NCBI GenBank assembly: GCA_032718475.1
Contig: JAUCBJ010001794.1
Coordinates: 51,090-115,089, forward strand
Length of the DNA stretch: 64,000 nt
Source: Nemertoderma westbladi
Lineage: Eukaryota; Animalia; Xenacoelomorpha
Reading direction: 5' to 3'
Shown here: piece after piece, positions 37,232-50,247 of the stretch
How positions within the stretch are numbered: position 1 is the stretch's first letter
How the letters are laid out: the number at the start of each line of letters is the position of its first letter
Made by a program: the position numbers and the translations under genes
The notes under the pieces: model-generated
What the model was told of the DNA's origin: nothing
The model's input: the letters and a program-made list of their open reading frames with translations, nothing else
Databases searched by the model: none

Positions 37232-39774
37232 CTAGTGACGGGCCTAGCGGCCCGATAAGGAACCGACTTTTTATTTCAAATAAAAGAGACAACGAGCTCG
37301 GCTCGGTCTTGCACGATTGGGCACGATTAAGTTCGACTTGGCTTGATCGGCTCGGCTCGGCTCGGCTCGGCTCGGCTCGGCTCGGCTCGGCTCGGCTCGG
37401 CTCGGCTCGGCTCGGCTCGGCTCGGCTCGGCTCGGCTCGGCTCGGCTCGGCTCGGCTCGGCTCGGCTCGGCTCGGCTCGGTTCGGCTCGGCTCGGCTCGG
37501 CTCGGCTCGGCTCGGCTCGGCTCGGCTCGGCTCGGCTCGGCTCGGCTCGGCTCGGCTCGGCTCGGCTCGGCTCGGCTCGGCTCGGCTCGGCTCGGCTCGG
37601 CTCGGCTCGGCTCGGCTCGGCTCGGCTCGGCTCGGCTCGGCTCGGCTCGGCTCGGCTCGGCTCGGCTCGGCTCGGCTCGGCTCGGCTCGGCTCGGCTCGG
37701 CTCGGCTCGGCTCGGCTCGGCTCGGCTCGGCTCGGCTCGGCTCTTCTGGCTCGGCTCGGCTCGGCTCGGCTCGGCTCGGCTCGGCTCGGCTCGGCTCGGC
37801 TCGGCTCGGCTCGGCTCGGCTCGGCTCGGCTCGGCTCGGCTGGCTCGGCTCGGCTCGGCTCGGCTCGGCTCGGCTCGGCTCGGCTCGGCTCGGCTCGGCT
37901 CGGCTCGGCTGGTTCGGCTCGGCTCGGCTCGGCTCGGCTCGGCTCGGCTCGGCTCGGCTCGGCTCGGCTCGGCTCGGCTCGGCTCGGCTCGGCTCGGCTC
38001 GGCTCGGCTCGGCTCGGCTCGGCTCGGCTCGGCTCGGCTCGGCTCGGCTCGGCTCGGCTCGGCTCGGCTCGGCTCGGCTCGGCTCGGCTCGGCTCGGCTC
38101 GGCTCGGCTCGGCTCGGCTCGGCTCGGCTCGGCTCGGCTCGGCTCGGCTCGGCTCGGCTCGGCTCGGCTCGGCTCGGCTCGGCTCGGCTCGGCTCGGCTC
38201 GGCTCGGCTCGGCTCGGCTCGGCTCGGCTCGGCTCGGCTCGGCTCGGCTCGGCTCGGCTCGGCTCGGCTCGGCTCGGCTCGGCTCGGCTCGGCTCGGCTC
38301 GGCTCGGCTCGGCTCGGCTCGGCTCGGCTCGGCTCGGCTCGGCTCGGCTCGGCTCGGCTCGGCTCGGCTCGGCTCGGCTCGGCTCGGCTCGGCTCGGCTC
38401 GGCTCGGCTCGGCTCGGCTCGGCTCGGCTCGGCTCGGCTCGGCTCGGCTCGGCTCGGCTCGGCTCGGCTCGGCTCGGCTCGGCTCGGCTCGGCTCGGCTC
38501 GGCTCGGCTCGGCTCGGCTCGGCTCGGCTCGGCTCGGCTCGGCTCGGCTCGGCTCGGCTCGGCTCGGCTCGGCTCGGCTCGGCTCGGCTCGGCTCGGCTC
38601 GGCTCGGCTCGGCTCGGCTCGGCTCGGCTCGGCTCGGCTCGGCTCGGCTCGGCTCGGCTCGGCTCGGCTCGGCTCGGTCTGAGTCGACTCCCCGTGCTGC
38701 TCGAAGGGCGCAAAAACATATATCGAAGGGTCAAAGCAAAACTCACGTGCTGCTCGAAGGGACAAAGTCAAACAATGTGTCTATTATTTGATGTAATTCA
38801 CGTGCTGCTCGAAGGGCGCAAATACATATATCGAAGGGTCAAAGCAAAACTCACGTGCTGCTCGAAGGGACAAAGTCAAACATTGTGTCTATTACTTGAT
38901 TATCTCACGTGCTGCTAGAAGGGCGCAACTACATATATCGAAACAAGCCCCTGTCTTGTATTTTAATTATATCAGAAATCCTTGCCTTCAGTACAAATAT
39001 CTAAAAATTCATTCACCTGAAGTATGGGTAACATTATAAATTCGTTTTTCGCACAGTAGAGTTAACTAAGCAAATACCCTCCAGGTTGACTGAATGATTT
39101 TATTAATGTTTGCCATGCATAATGTACTATATTTGGGTCCCATGGCCCACCCCATTGAACAGCTTTGCTTACATCTGATAGAGAGTAATCCCAAATTAAC
39201 TTCCCTCTACGAAAATTATTTTAATTAAATACATACAACATAGCAGACAACTCTGCAATCAACAGTACGCAATAACTAAAATGGCATTCAGCTTACCAGC
39301 TATTCCCATTAAGCTAATAGATATTCGATTTCATTGGATTCAGTGAGTGTGTGAGGGCTATTGGGAGAGCAATCAGCTTATGATGTAATACATTAGAATC
39401 CCACGGCTTTTGTTTGCTTACTGTCTGAGTTGTAGAGTGAGGATAATACTTGGCAGAGAAAGCATTTCCTTGTTAGGTGGCCATTCCTATAGAATAGCAT
39501 TACTAGGCTATCTCTATCCATTTTTCATGAGTGCCAGCTGGTGTTTTTATCATTGCGCCTATGGCGTTTTTTCGTTTATGTCTATTTTTCGAGCCCACGG
39601 CTCATGGACGAAATAGCGGAACATACCAGGGACCTTAGAATCGCGGTATCTAGCCGCTGTGAAAATTTCATCAAAATCGTTAGAGTAGTTTTGGCTGTAG
39701 ATCAGTCAGTCAGCCAGCCAGCCAGTCAGTCAGCCACAAGCAATTCTTACAGTAATGAACCTCTCGGTTCCTAA
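37232..39774 (-). mobile_element. G unit
   Basis: Matched A ends. Confidence 0.85.
37296..38679. repeat. Near-pure (GGCTC)n satellite, ~1.4 kb
   Basis: Tandem pentamer. Confidence 0.98.
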
Positions 39775-41647
39775 CTAGTGACGGGCCTAGCGGCCCGATA
39801 AGGAACCGACTTTTTATTTCAAATAAAAGAGACAACGAGCTCGGCTCGGTCTTGCACGATTGGGCACGATTTAGTTCGACTTGGCTTGATCGGCTCAGTT
39901 TGGCTCGATTAGGCTCGGCTCGGCTCGGCTCGGCTCGGCTCGGCTCGGCTCGGCTCGGCTCGGCTCGGCTCGGCTCGGCTCGGCTCGGCTCGGCTCGGCT
40001 CGGCTCGGCTCGGCTCGGCTCGGCTCGGCTCGGCTCGGCTCGGCTCGGCTCGGCTCGGCTCGGCTCGGCTCGGCTCGGCTCGGCTCGGCTCGGCTCGGCT
40101 CGGCTCGGCTCGGCTCGGCTCGGCTCGGCTCGGCTCGGCTCGGCTCGGCTCGGCTCGGCTCGGCTCGGCTCGGCTCGGCTCGGCTCGGCTCGGCTCGGCT
40201 CGGCTCGGCTCGGCTCGGCTCGGCTCGGCTCGGCTCGGCTCGGCTCGGCTCGGCTCGGCTCGGCTCGGCTCGGCTCGGCTCGGCTCGGCTCGGCTCGGCT
40301 CGGCTCGGCTCGGCTCGGCTCGGCTCGGCTCGGCTCGGCTCGGCTCGGCTCGGCTCGGCTCGGCTCGGCTCGGCTCGGCTCGGCTCGGCTCGGCTCGGCT
40401 CGGCTCGGCTCGGCTCGGCTCGGCTCGGCTCGGCTCGGCTCGGCTCGGCTCGGCTCGGCTCGGCTCGGCTCGGCTCGGCTCGGCTCGGCTCGGCTCGGCT
40501 CGGCTCGGCTCGGCTCGGCTCGGCTCGGCTCGGCTCGGCTCGGCTCGGCTCGGCTCGGTCTGAGTCGACTCCCCGTGCTGCTCGAAGGGCGCAAATACAT
40601 ATATCGAAGGGTCAAAGCAAAACTCACGTGCTGCTCGAAGGGACAAAGTCAAACAATGTGTCTATTATTTGATGTAATTCACGTGCTGCTCGAAGGGCGC
40701 AAATACATATATCGAAGGGTCAAAGCAAAACTCACGTGCTGCTCGAAGGGACAAAGTCAAACATTGTGTCTATTATTTGATTATCTCACGTGCTGCTAGA
40801 AGGGCGCAACTACATATATCGAAACAAGCCCCTGTCTTGTATTTTAATTATATCAGAAATCCTTGCCTTCAGTACAAATATCTAAAAATTCATTCACCTG
40901 AAGTATGGGTAACATTATAAATTCGTTTTTCGCACAGTAGAGTTAACTAAGCAAATACCCTCCAGGTTGACTGAATGATTTTATTAATGTTTGCCATGCA
41001 TAATGTACTATATTTGGGTCCCATGACCCACCCCATTGAACAGCTTTGCTTACATCTGATAGAAAGTAATCCCAAATTAACTTCCCTCTACGAAAATTAT
41101 TTTAATTAAATACATACAACATAGCAGTCAACTCTGCAATCAACAGTACACAATAACTAAAATGGCATTCAGCTTACCAGCTATTCGCATTAAGCTAATA
41201 GATATACGATTTCATTCGATTCAGTGAGTGTGTGAGGGCTATTGGGAGAGCAATCAGCTTATGATGTAATACATTAGAATCCCACGGCTTTTGTTTGCTT
41301 ACTGTCTGAGTTGTAGAGTGAGGATAATACTTGGCACAGAAAGCATTTCCTTGTTAGGTGGCCATTCCTATAGAATAGCATTACTAGGCCATCTCTATCC
41401 ATTTTTCATGAGTGCCAGCTGGTGTTTTTATCATTGCGCCTATGGCGTTTTTTCGTTTATGTCCATTTTTCGAGCCCACGGCTCATGGACGAAATAGCGG
41501 AACATACCAGGGACCTTAGAATCGCGGTATCTAGCCGCTGTGAAAATTTCATCAAAATCGTTAGAGTAGTTTTGGCTGTAGATCAGTCAGCCAGCCAGCC
41601 AGTCAGTCACGAGCAATTCTTACAGTAATGAACCTCTCGGTTCCTAA
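39775..41647 (-). mobile_element. G unit
   Basis: Matched A ends. Confidence 0.85.
39839..40560. repeat. (GGCTC)n satellite, pure after ~39912
   Basis: Tandem pentamer. Confidence 0.98.
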
Positions 41648-44646
41648 CTAGTGACGGGCCTAGCGGCCCGATAAGGAACCGACTTTTTATTTTAAATAAA
41701 AGAGACAACGAGAATTAGTATAGAACTAATAATTATGTAAAAATACAATCATATTTCATACAATAATTATTAATAAATTCGATCTATTATTAGTTGCTCA
41801 ATTCTAGAACAAAATCGACCTGCAACTAGTGAAGACCTCGTTTTGGAATTTCGAAACCACGCTGGTGCGATGCGCGATATCGTGTTTAGTTAATAAATTG
41901 AAAACTCCATCAATTCATGTGCAACCAGTAATAAGAAATCGCGATAAATGTAATTAAATAAAAATTATTCTAGAAAAATTTTCCTCAAAAAGTATGAAGT
42001 CTTGGCATTGGTGACGCGAAACTAGGCTAGTGAGATTCAGGATATTGCGTTTAATATAAAAATCGAAAACGCTATCGAATTCCGTAAAGGCGTTAATAAA
42101 ATACTGCAACTTTTTTGAAATTTGTAAAATTCTAGAACTAGAAAAAATTAATTTTTGAACGGCGCTGTTTGGGGTTTCGAAACATGGATAGGCTGAAAGA
42201 GGACATCGAATTAAGTTGAAAAATGAAAACCCCATCGAATTTGGACAAAGCGTTCCGGAGTTATAGCGGATCGAAAAAAATTGACCCCCCCCCCCCAGTC
42301 GCCAAAAATTTACAGTAATTTAAAATTTTGCAAAAAAAATTTTTTGCGTTATTTTTGATGGCGAATCGATTGGCAGTACTGGCTACGAAAAATTTTTTTT
42401 TGAAATTTTTGGTCAGAAAAAAAACATGGAAAAAGTATATTTTTAAAAAGATTTGATGTCTTTGCCTATGGTCAGAGAATGATCCAACTCTGTAACTTGG
42501 CAATCGCTCAAATCCATTCAGCTGAATGGCACAGTAGAGTAAACTAAAGTAAATTCCCTATACAATGTTCTGAAGGGGAGACTGACAGAGAGTAATCCAA
42601 CAATAAAACATTTTGCAATAATGTTGGCATTAATGTAGCCAACACACTGTGTACTAAACCGTCATTCAGCTTACATTAGCAGAGGGAGAAACTTGGATAC
42701 TCAACTAGAATGCATTGGGAAGAGTTATTCAGCTGAGGCAATAATAGATTTCAAACTAAACCAACCAGTTTATATTTGCTTTGGCAGGGCCTAAACAAAC
42801 AGTATGGGTGTACTAAGTACAATAATCTTGGCAACCTCATCGATTTATACTAAGCCTTGTGTAGAAATCCATTACATAAGCCATTTTTCATCACGACACC
42901 AGCTGTTATTGGTATTATTTTACCATTGCGCCTATGGCGTTTTTTCGTTTATGTCTATTTTTCGAGCCCACGGCTCATGGACGAAATAGCGGAACATACC
43001 AGGGACCTTAGAATCGCGGTATCAAGCCACTGTGAAAATTTCATCAAAATCGTTAGAGTAGTTTTGGCTGTAGATCAGCCAGTCAGTCAGCCAGCCAGTC
43101 AATCAATCAGCCAACAATTCTTACAGTAATGAACCTCTCGGTTCCTAACTAGTGACGGGCCTAGCGGCCCGATAAGGAACCGACTTTTTATTTTAAATAA
43201 AAGAGACAACGAGAATTAGTATAGAACTAATAATTATGTAAAAATACAATCATATTTCATACAATAATTATTAATAAATTCGATCTATTATTAGTTGCTC
43301 AATTCTAGAACAAAATCGACCTGCAACTAGTGAAGACCTCGTTTTGGAATTTCGAAACCACGCTGGTGCGATGCGCGATATCGTGTTTAGTTAATAAATT
43401 GAAAACTCCATCAGTTCATGTGCAACCAGTAATAAGAAATCGCGATAAATGTAATTAAATAAAAATTATTCTAGAAAAATTTTCCTCAAAAAGTATGAAG
43501 TCTTGGCATTGGTGACGCGAAACTAGGCTAGTGAGATTCAGGATATTGCGTTTAATATAAAAATCGAAAACGCTATCGAATTCCGTAAAGGCGTTAATAA
43601 AATACTGCAACTTTTTTGAAATTTGTAAAATTCTAGAACTAGAAAAAATTAATTTTTGAACGGCGCTGTTTGGGGTTTCGAAACATGGATAGGCTGAAAG
43701 AGGACATCGAATTAAGTTGAAAAATGAAAACCCCATCGAATTTGGACAAAGCGTTCCGGAGTTATAGCGGATCGAAAAATATTGACCCCCCCATTTGACC
43801 CCCCCCCCAGTCGCCAAAAATTTACAGTAATTTAAAATTTTGCAAAAAAAATTTTTTGCGTTATTTTTGATGGCGAATCGATTGGCAGTACTGGCTACGA
43901 AAAATTTTTTTTTGAAATTTTTGGTCAGAAAAAAAACATGGAAAAAGTATATTTTTAAAAAGATTTGATGTCTTTGCCTATGGTCAGAGAATGATCCAAC
44001 ACTGTAACTTGGCAATCGCTCAAATCCATTCAGCTGAATGGCACAGTAGAGTTACCTAAAGTAAATTCCCTATACAATGTTCTGAAGGGGAGACTGACGA
44101 GAGTAATCCAACAATAAAACATGTTGCAATAATGTTGGCATTTGTAGCCAACTCACTGTGTACTTAACAGTCATTCAGCTTACATTAGCAGAGTGAGATA
44201 TTTCTATAGATTGCATTGGGAAGAGTAATTCAGCTGAGGCGATAATAGATTTCAAACTAAACCAACCACCAGTCAATGTTTGCTTTGACAGAAAGTGCAG
44301 GGCCTAAACAAACAGTATGGGTGTACTAAGTATAATAATCTTGGCAACCTCATCGATTTATTACTAAGCCTTGTGTAGAAATGCATTACATAAACCATTT
44401 TTCATCAGGACACCAGCTGTCATTGGTGTTATTTTACCATTGCGCCTATGGCGTTTTTTCGTTTATGTCTATTTTTCGAGCCCACGGCTCATGGACGAAA
44501 TAGCGGAACATACCAGGGACCTTAGAATCGCGGTATCTACCCGCTGTGAAAATTTAATCAAATTCGTTAGAGTAGTTTTGGCTGTAGATCAGCCAGTCAG
44601 CCAGTCAGCCAACAATTCTTACAGTAATGAACCTCTCGGTTCCTAA
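41648..44646 (-). mobile_element. Two A units (41648-43148, 43149-44646)
   Basis: Matched A ends. Confidence 0.87.
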
Positions 44647-45753
44647 CTAGAGACGGCGTCAAGACGCCGTTAAGCAAGTCGGAAGTCATCAATCAAATAT
44701 AAATTCCCTCAACAATGTTTACCTATGGTCAGAATGGAAGGGCTATTTACCTATGGTCAGAGAGAGATCCCACTCTGTAATTTGGCAATTGCTCAAATTC
44801 ATTCAGTTGAATGGCACAGTAGAGTGAACTAAACTAAATTCCCTCAACAATGTTTGGCTATGGTCTGAAAGAACTAACAGTCATTCAGCTTGCACAATGT
44901 CAATCACCTACAGTATAAAACATTTAGAATGCCACAGTGTGTATCCTGATACAGATAATAAGCAGTGATATATATATTTCAAACTATAATGTTAGTGTTA
45001 GCCTTACACAGTATCAGTATGAGGCTGAGTAAACATTCCACCTTATAAGCATACTGCCTCCACAGAATTAATGTTGGCCGAAAGATTTAAAAATAAAACA
45101 ATTATTATTATAAATACAGTGCAATCCAATAGTACCCAACACACTGTGTAACTAACAGTCAATCAGCTTACACGTCAATTAACATAGAAGAGAGAGTAAC
45201 CTTGTAGATCGCCATAGAAAGCATTGGGAAGAGTTATTCAGCTGAGGCTGTAATAGCCGGCTAACCCAGTGAATGATTATAAAGTTGGCACTGTATGTAC
45301 TTCCTTGTTAGGTGGCTCCCTATAGAATAGCAAACCAACCAGTTGATGTTTGTTTGCACAGAGTGGTTGGTAGGGCCTAAACAAACAGTATGGGTGTACT
45401 GAGTACAATAATCTTGGCAACCTCATCGATTTATACTAAGCCTTGTGTAGAATTGCATTACATAAGCCATTTTCCATCAGAACACCAGCTGTCATGGGTG
45501 TTATTTTACCATTGCGCCTATGGCGTTTTTTTCGTTTATCTCTATTTTTCGAGCCCAGAGGCTATGGACGGAGTAGCCGATCATGCCAGGGACCTTAGAA
45601 TCGCGGTATCTAGATGCTGTGAAAATTTCATCAAAATCGTTAGAGTAGTTTTGGCTGTAGATCAGCCAGCCAGCCAGCCAGCCAGTCAGCCAGCCAGCCA
45701 GCCAGTCAGTCAGTCAACAATTCTTACAGTAATCAAGTCTAACGACTTGCTAA
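44647..45753 (-). mobile_element. B unit
   Basis: Matched B ends. Confidence 0.85.
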
Positions 45754-48599
45754 TTAAAGACGGCGTCAAGACGCCGTGAAGGAACCGAAGCTAAACCAAA
45801 CCGAAACTAATATTTTTACAGGCCATAAGCCGCTAACTATTTTTTTCAGGATATCAACACAAATGGTTGCAAATATGAGCACCCAATCAATATCAGCCAG
45901 CACTACCTACTGTATACTAATACTGTAATTTGCACGTATGTTCAGCATTTATAATAAAAAGTTTCACCAAGTTAGTGGACAAAGGAGACAGGGGGGAAAG
46001 TGGACGCAAAACCAACCTTGGCGAATTAATATCCCGCCTCAATGTTAAATTCTCAATTTAGGGAAAAGAAACTCATATATCTCATAATCTGTTCCTAATA
46101 ATTATTAAAGGCAGTGATTTTTTATGTCCTTTTATTTGACTTTTTTTGTCCTTTTTTTTACGAATTATGCATAATGACTTTTGTTGTCCTTTTAATGACT
46201 TTTATTGTCCTTTTAATGACTTTTTATGTATGTATTTCTTCAAACTGTCAGACTGCTGATTTCTGGACTGTCAGACAGTTGATTTCACTATGCCTGTGCC
46301 AAAAGACTATGAGACTACCAATAGACTATGAGATAGATTTCCATATGCGCCTGTGGTAAAAAGACTCTATATTTAATAGTTTGTGGTTGTTGTCGATAAT
46401 CGATTACCACATGACGTAGCAAAACACTCATTTTATAGCCAAAAACAATTACCAATTGATGGAAAGGGGCAGGTTAAGGCCGAGTTTTCTAACCAAAACA
46501 ATAAACAGTCACTTTACCAAATCAGGGAAAGGAGCAGGTTACAGAGACGGGATTTTCTAACCAAAACAATAAACGATCACTTAAATAATTGAGGGAAAGG
46601 AGCAGGTTACATAGGCGGGATTTTCTAACCAAAACAATAAACGATCACTTAACTAATTGCGGGAAAGGAGCAGGTTACAGAGGCGGGATTTTCTAACCAA
46701 AACAATAAACGATCATTTAACTAATTGAGGGAAAGGGGCAGGTTACAGAGGCGGGCCTTTCTAACCAAAACAATAAACGGTCACTTTACCAATTCAGGGA
46801 AAGGAGCAGGTTACAGAGGCGGGATTTTCTAACCAAAACAATAAACGATCATTTAACTAATTGAGGGAAAGGGGAAGGTTACAGAGGCGGGATTTTCTAA
46901 CCAAAACAATAAACGATCATTTAACTAATTGAGGGAAAGGAGCAGGTTACAGAGACGGGATTTTCTAACCAAAACAATAAACTATGTCATGAACATAACA
47001 ATAAACTATGTCATGAACATTTGGGGGAATGGGACAGCTTAAAGATAAAGCATCATTGATTTACATTTCAAATTACATAAATTCAATTAAATTATATTTC
47101 AAATAAAATTAATACAATTTCTTCACCTGTCAAATTAAATCAATACAATGTAATTACTGTACCATTAGCACAACCGGTCAGCCGGTAGGCCTACCATTAC
47201 CGTATTTAAATGGTAGGCTACACAGTAGGCCTAAAGCAGTACCGGTGCCGGTACCGGTACTAAAATACAGAAATACCTGCTTATTTATACCTACATCTGT
47301 ACATACAATACAGCAAAATAGTGCTACAGTATATATACTAATACCGGTACTGATAGCCTGAGAGAACAGCAGTAGAGAAACCGGTAGCATGGAACCTAAC
47401 ATTAGACTTTTGGAGGACATAAAAAATAAAAAAAAAAGGACAAAAAAAGGATTTAAACGGACAGTAAAAATTATTGCGATTATTAAAGCAGTTAGGGCAA
47501 CATATATCCTGTCTACATCAAAATTATATCTGATACCAAACAGGCAAACACCACTCATAGTATTAATGTTGCCAAAACATAATTAGACCTCCAAACTCTG
47601 ATTTTAATTGAACATTGCAACTAGTATAGTTTATCAATAGTACCCTACAGTTAGGTTCATATATGGCGAGTCAGAACTGCGAATAACCAGCGAACTTAGG
47701 TGTAGGTTTCAGTGTATGTGTGTGTCGGAAGCCAATATCAGAATATATAACTAGCCATAGTATAATTATAATTGTTCGCTGAGATGGGTTGCAGCTTCTG
47801 CTGCACGAAGGCCTCACTCGTGTACACTACTGTACTCTATAACTAAAAAGTCATTCAGGTGGCCAGCTTTTTCCAGGAACCTACTGTAATAGACATTCGC
47901 ATTCATTGAATCCAGGGCAACAGTTTGTGTTGGATAAAAAGTTATACAGAGACAGGTACTGTAGATCCCACTCTGTATTCCCTCTGGTTTGACAGATTAA
48001 TATAATTAATGTTTGCCAAGCAAGTCATTAACTCACCTCCCTCTCGGATTTTAAATACATCAATTATTATAGGGTAACCCGCACTATGTGTGTAACTAAA
48101 ATTCATTCCGCTGACCCACAACCCACCACCACCTTGTAGATATTCCCTTAGGAAGCACGGGGAAGAGTTATTCAGCTGATGGGATAATAATAGATTACAA
48201 ACTAACCAAGTTAATGTTTGCTTATAGTCTGGGTTGAAAGAGTGAGTGATTAAATAAAAACTTGGCACAGAAAGTACATCCTTGTTATTAGTTGGCCCTT
48301 TCTCTATTGAATAGAATCACTAGGCCCTCTCTATACATTTTTCATGTGGTCCAGCTGGTGTTTTATCATTGCGCCTATGGCGTTTTTTCGTTTATGTCTA
48401 TTTTTCGAAACCACATTCTATGGACAGACATGGGACCAACGGGAATCGATAGTGATTATCAAAAAAATGCGTCATGCAAAATTTTAACGAAATCGTTAGA
48501 GCCGTTTTTATGTTATTATGTTATTTCGCTCCAAAATATTACTATTACTATTACTACTATTACATCAAATTCTTACAGAAAGTAACCTTCGGTTCCTAA
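45754..48599 (-). mobile_element. Divergent C unit (B-type hairpin, A-like extended subTIR, unique cargo)
   Basis: Starts TTAAAG-ACGGCGTCAAGACGCCGT-GAAGGAACCGAAG and ends AACCTTCGGTTCCTAA. Diverged core at 48350-48510. (TACTAT)-like microsatellite replaces (CAGY)n. Confidence 0.8.
46450..46982. repeat. 68-bp tandem repeat, about 8 copies, inside the C unit
   Basis: CCAAAACAATAAAC at 46493, 46561, 46629, 46697, 46765, 46833, 46901, 46969. Confidence 0.95.
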
Positions 48600-48602
48600 T
48601 TA

Positions 48603-50247
48603 CTAGTGACGGGCCTAGCGGCCCGATAAGGAACCGACTTTTTATTTTAATTAAAAGAGACAACGAGAATTAGTATAGAACTAATAATTATGTAAAAATA
48701 CAATCATATTTCATACAATAATTATTAATAAATTTGATCTATTATTAGTTGCTCAATTCTAGAACAAAATCGACCTGCAACTAGTGAAGACCTCGTTTTG
48801 GAATTTCGAAACCACGCTGGTGCGATGCGCGATATCGTGTTCGGTTAATAAATTGAAAACTCCATCAGTTCATCTGCAACCAGTAATAAGAAATCGCGAT
48901 AAATGTAATTAAATAAAAATTAATCTAGAAAAATTTTCCTCAAAAAGTATGAAGTCTTGGCATTGGTGACGCGAAACTAGGCTATTGAGATTCAGGATAT
49001 TGCGTTTAATATAAAAATCGAAAACGCTATCGAATTCCGTAAAGGCGTTAATAAAATACTGCAACTTTTTTGAAATTTGTAAAATTCTAGAACTAGAAAA
49101 AATTAATTTTTGAACGGCGCTGTTTGGGGTTTCGAAACATGGATAGGCTGAAAGAGGACATCGAATTAAGTTGAAAAATGAAAACCCCATCGAATTTGGA
49201 CAAAGCGTTCCGGAGTTATAGCGGATCGAAAAAAATTGACCCCCCCCAGTCGCCAAAAATTTACAGTAATTTAAAATTTTGCAAAAAAAATTTTTTGCGT
49301 TATTTTTGATGGCGAATCGATTGGCAGTACTGGCTACAAAAATTTTTTTTTTGAAATTTTAGGTCAGAAAAAAAAACATGGAAAAAGTATATTTTTAAAA
49401 AGATTTGATGTCTTTGCCTATGGTCAGAGAATGATCCAACTCTGAAACTTGGCAATCGCTCAAATCCATTCAGCTGAATGGCACAGTAGAGTAAACTAAA
49501 GTAAATTCCCAATACAATGTTCTGAAGGGGAGACTGACAGAGAGTAATCCAACCATAAAACACTTTGCAATAATGTTGGCATTAATGTAGCCAAGAAGTG
49601 ATTTTTATATTTCAAACTATAATGTTAGTCTTAGCCTTACAGAGTATCAGTATAAGGCTGAGTAAACATTCCACCTTATAAGCATACAGCCTCCACAGTA
49701 TTAATGTTGGCATTAATGTAGCCGATACACTGTATACCTAATAGTCATTCAGCAGGGGGAAGAGTTATTCAGCTGAGGCGGTAATAGATTGCAAACTAAA
49801 CCAACCAGTTGGCAGCCTCATCGATTTATACTAAGCCTGTGTAGAACCACAAACTAAATCAACCAGTTAATATTTGCTTTGACAGAGAGTGCAGGGCCTA
49901 AACAAACAGTATGGGTGTACTAAGTACAATAATCTTGGCAACCTCATCGATTTATACTAAGCCTTGTGTAGAAATCCATTACATAAGCCATTTTTCATCA
50001 TGACACCAGCTGTTATTGGTGTTATTTTACCATTGCGCCTATGGCGTTTTTTCGTTTATGTCTATTTTTCGAGCCCACGGCTCATGGACGAAATAGCGGA
50101 ACATACCAGGGACCTTAGAATCGCGGTATCCAGCCGCTGTGAAAATTTCATCAAAATCGTTAGAGTAGTTTTGGCTATAGATTAACCAGCCAGCCAGCCA
50201 GCCAGTCAGCTAACAATTCTTACAGTAATGAACCTCTCGGTTCCTAA
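48603..50247 (-). mobile_element. A unit carrying a B-long-derived internal segment
   Basis: Matched A ends; switches to B-long sequence at ~49593 (AAGAAGTGATTTTTATATTTC). Confidence 0.82.

Noticed and set aside
37296-38679. (GGCTC)n as a telomerase repeat
   Set aside because: Always internal to G units at a fixed position and not a telomeric motif I recognise.
19633-40799. Long ORFs encoding (SARLG)n / (RAEPS)n, up to 538 aa
   Set aside because: Stop-free translations of (GGCTC)n, open in multiple frames on both strands, with no domain content.
47178-48585. ORFs in C-unit cargo as captured gene fragments
   Set aside because: Short, low-complexity translations with no recognisable homology; would need BLASTX or RNA-seq support.
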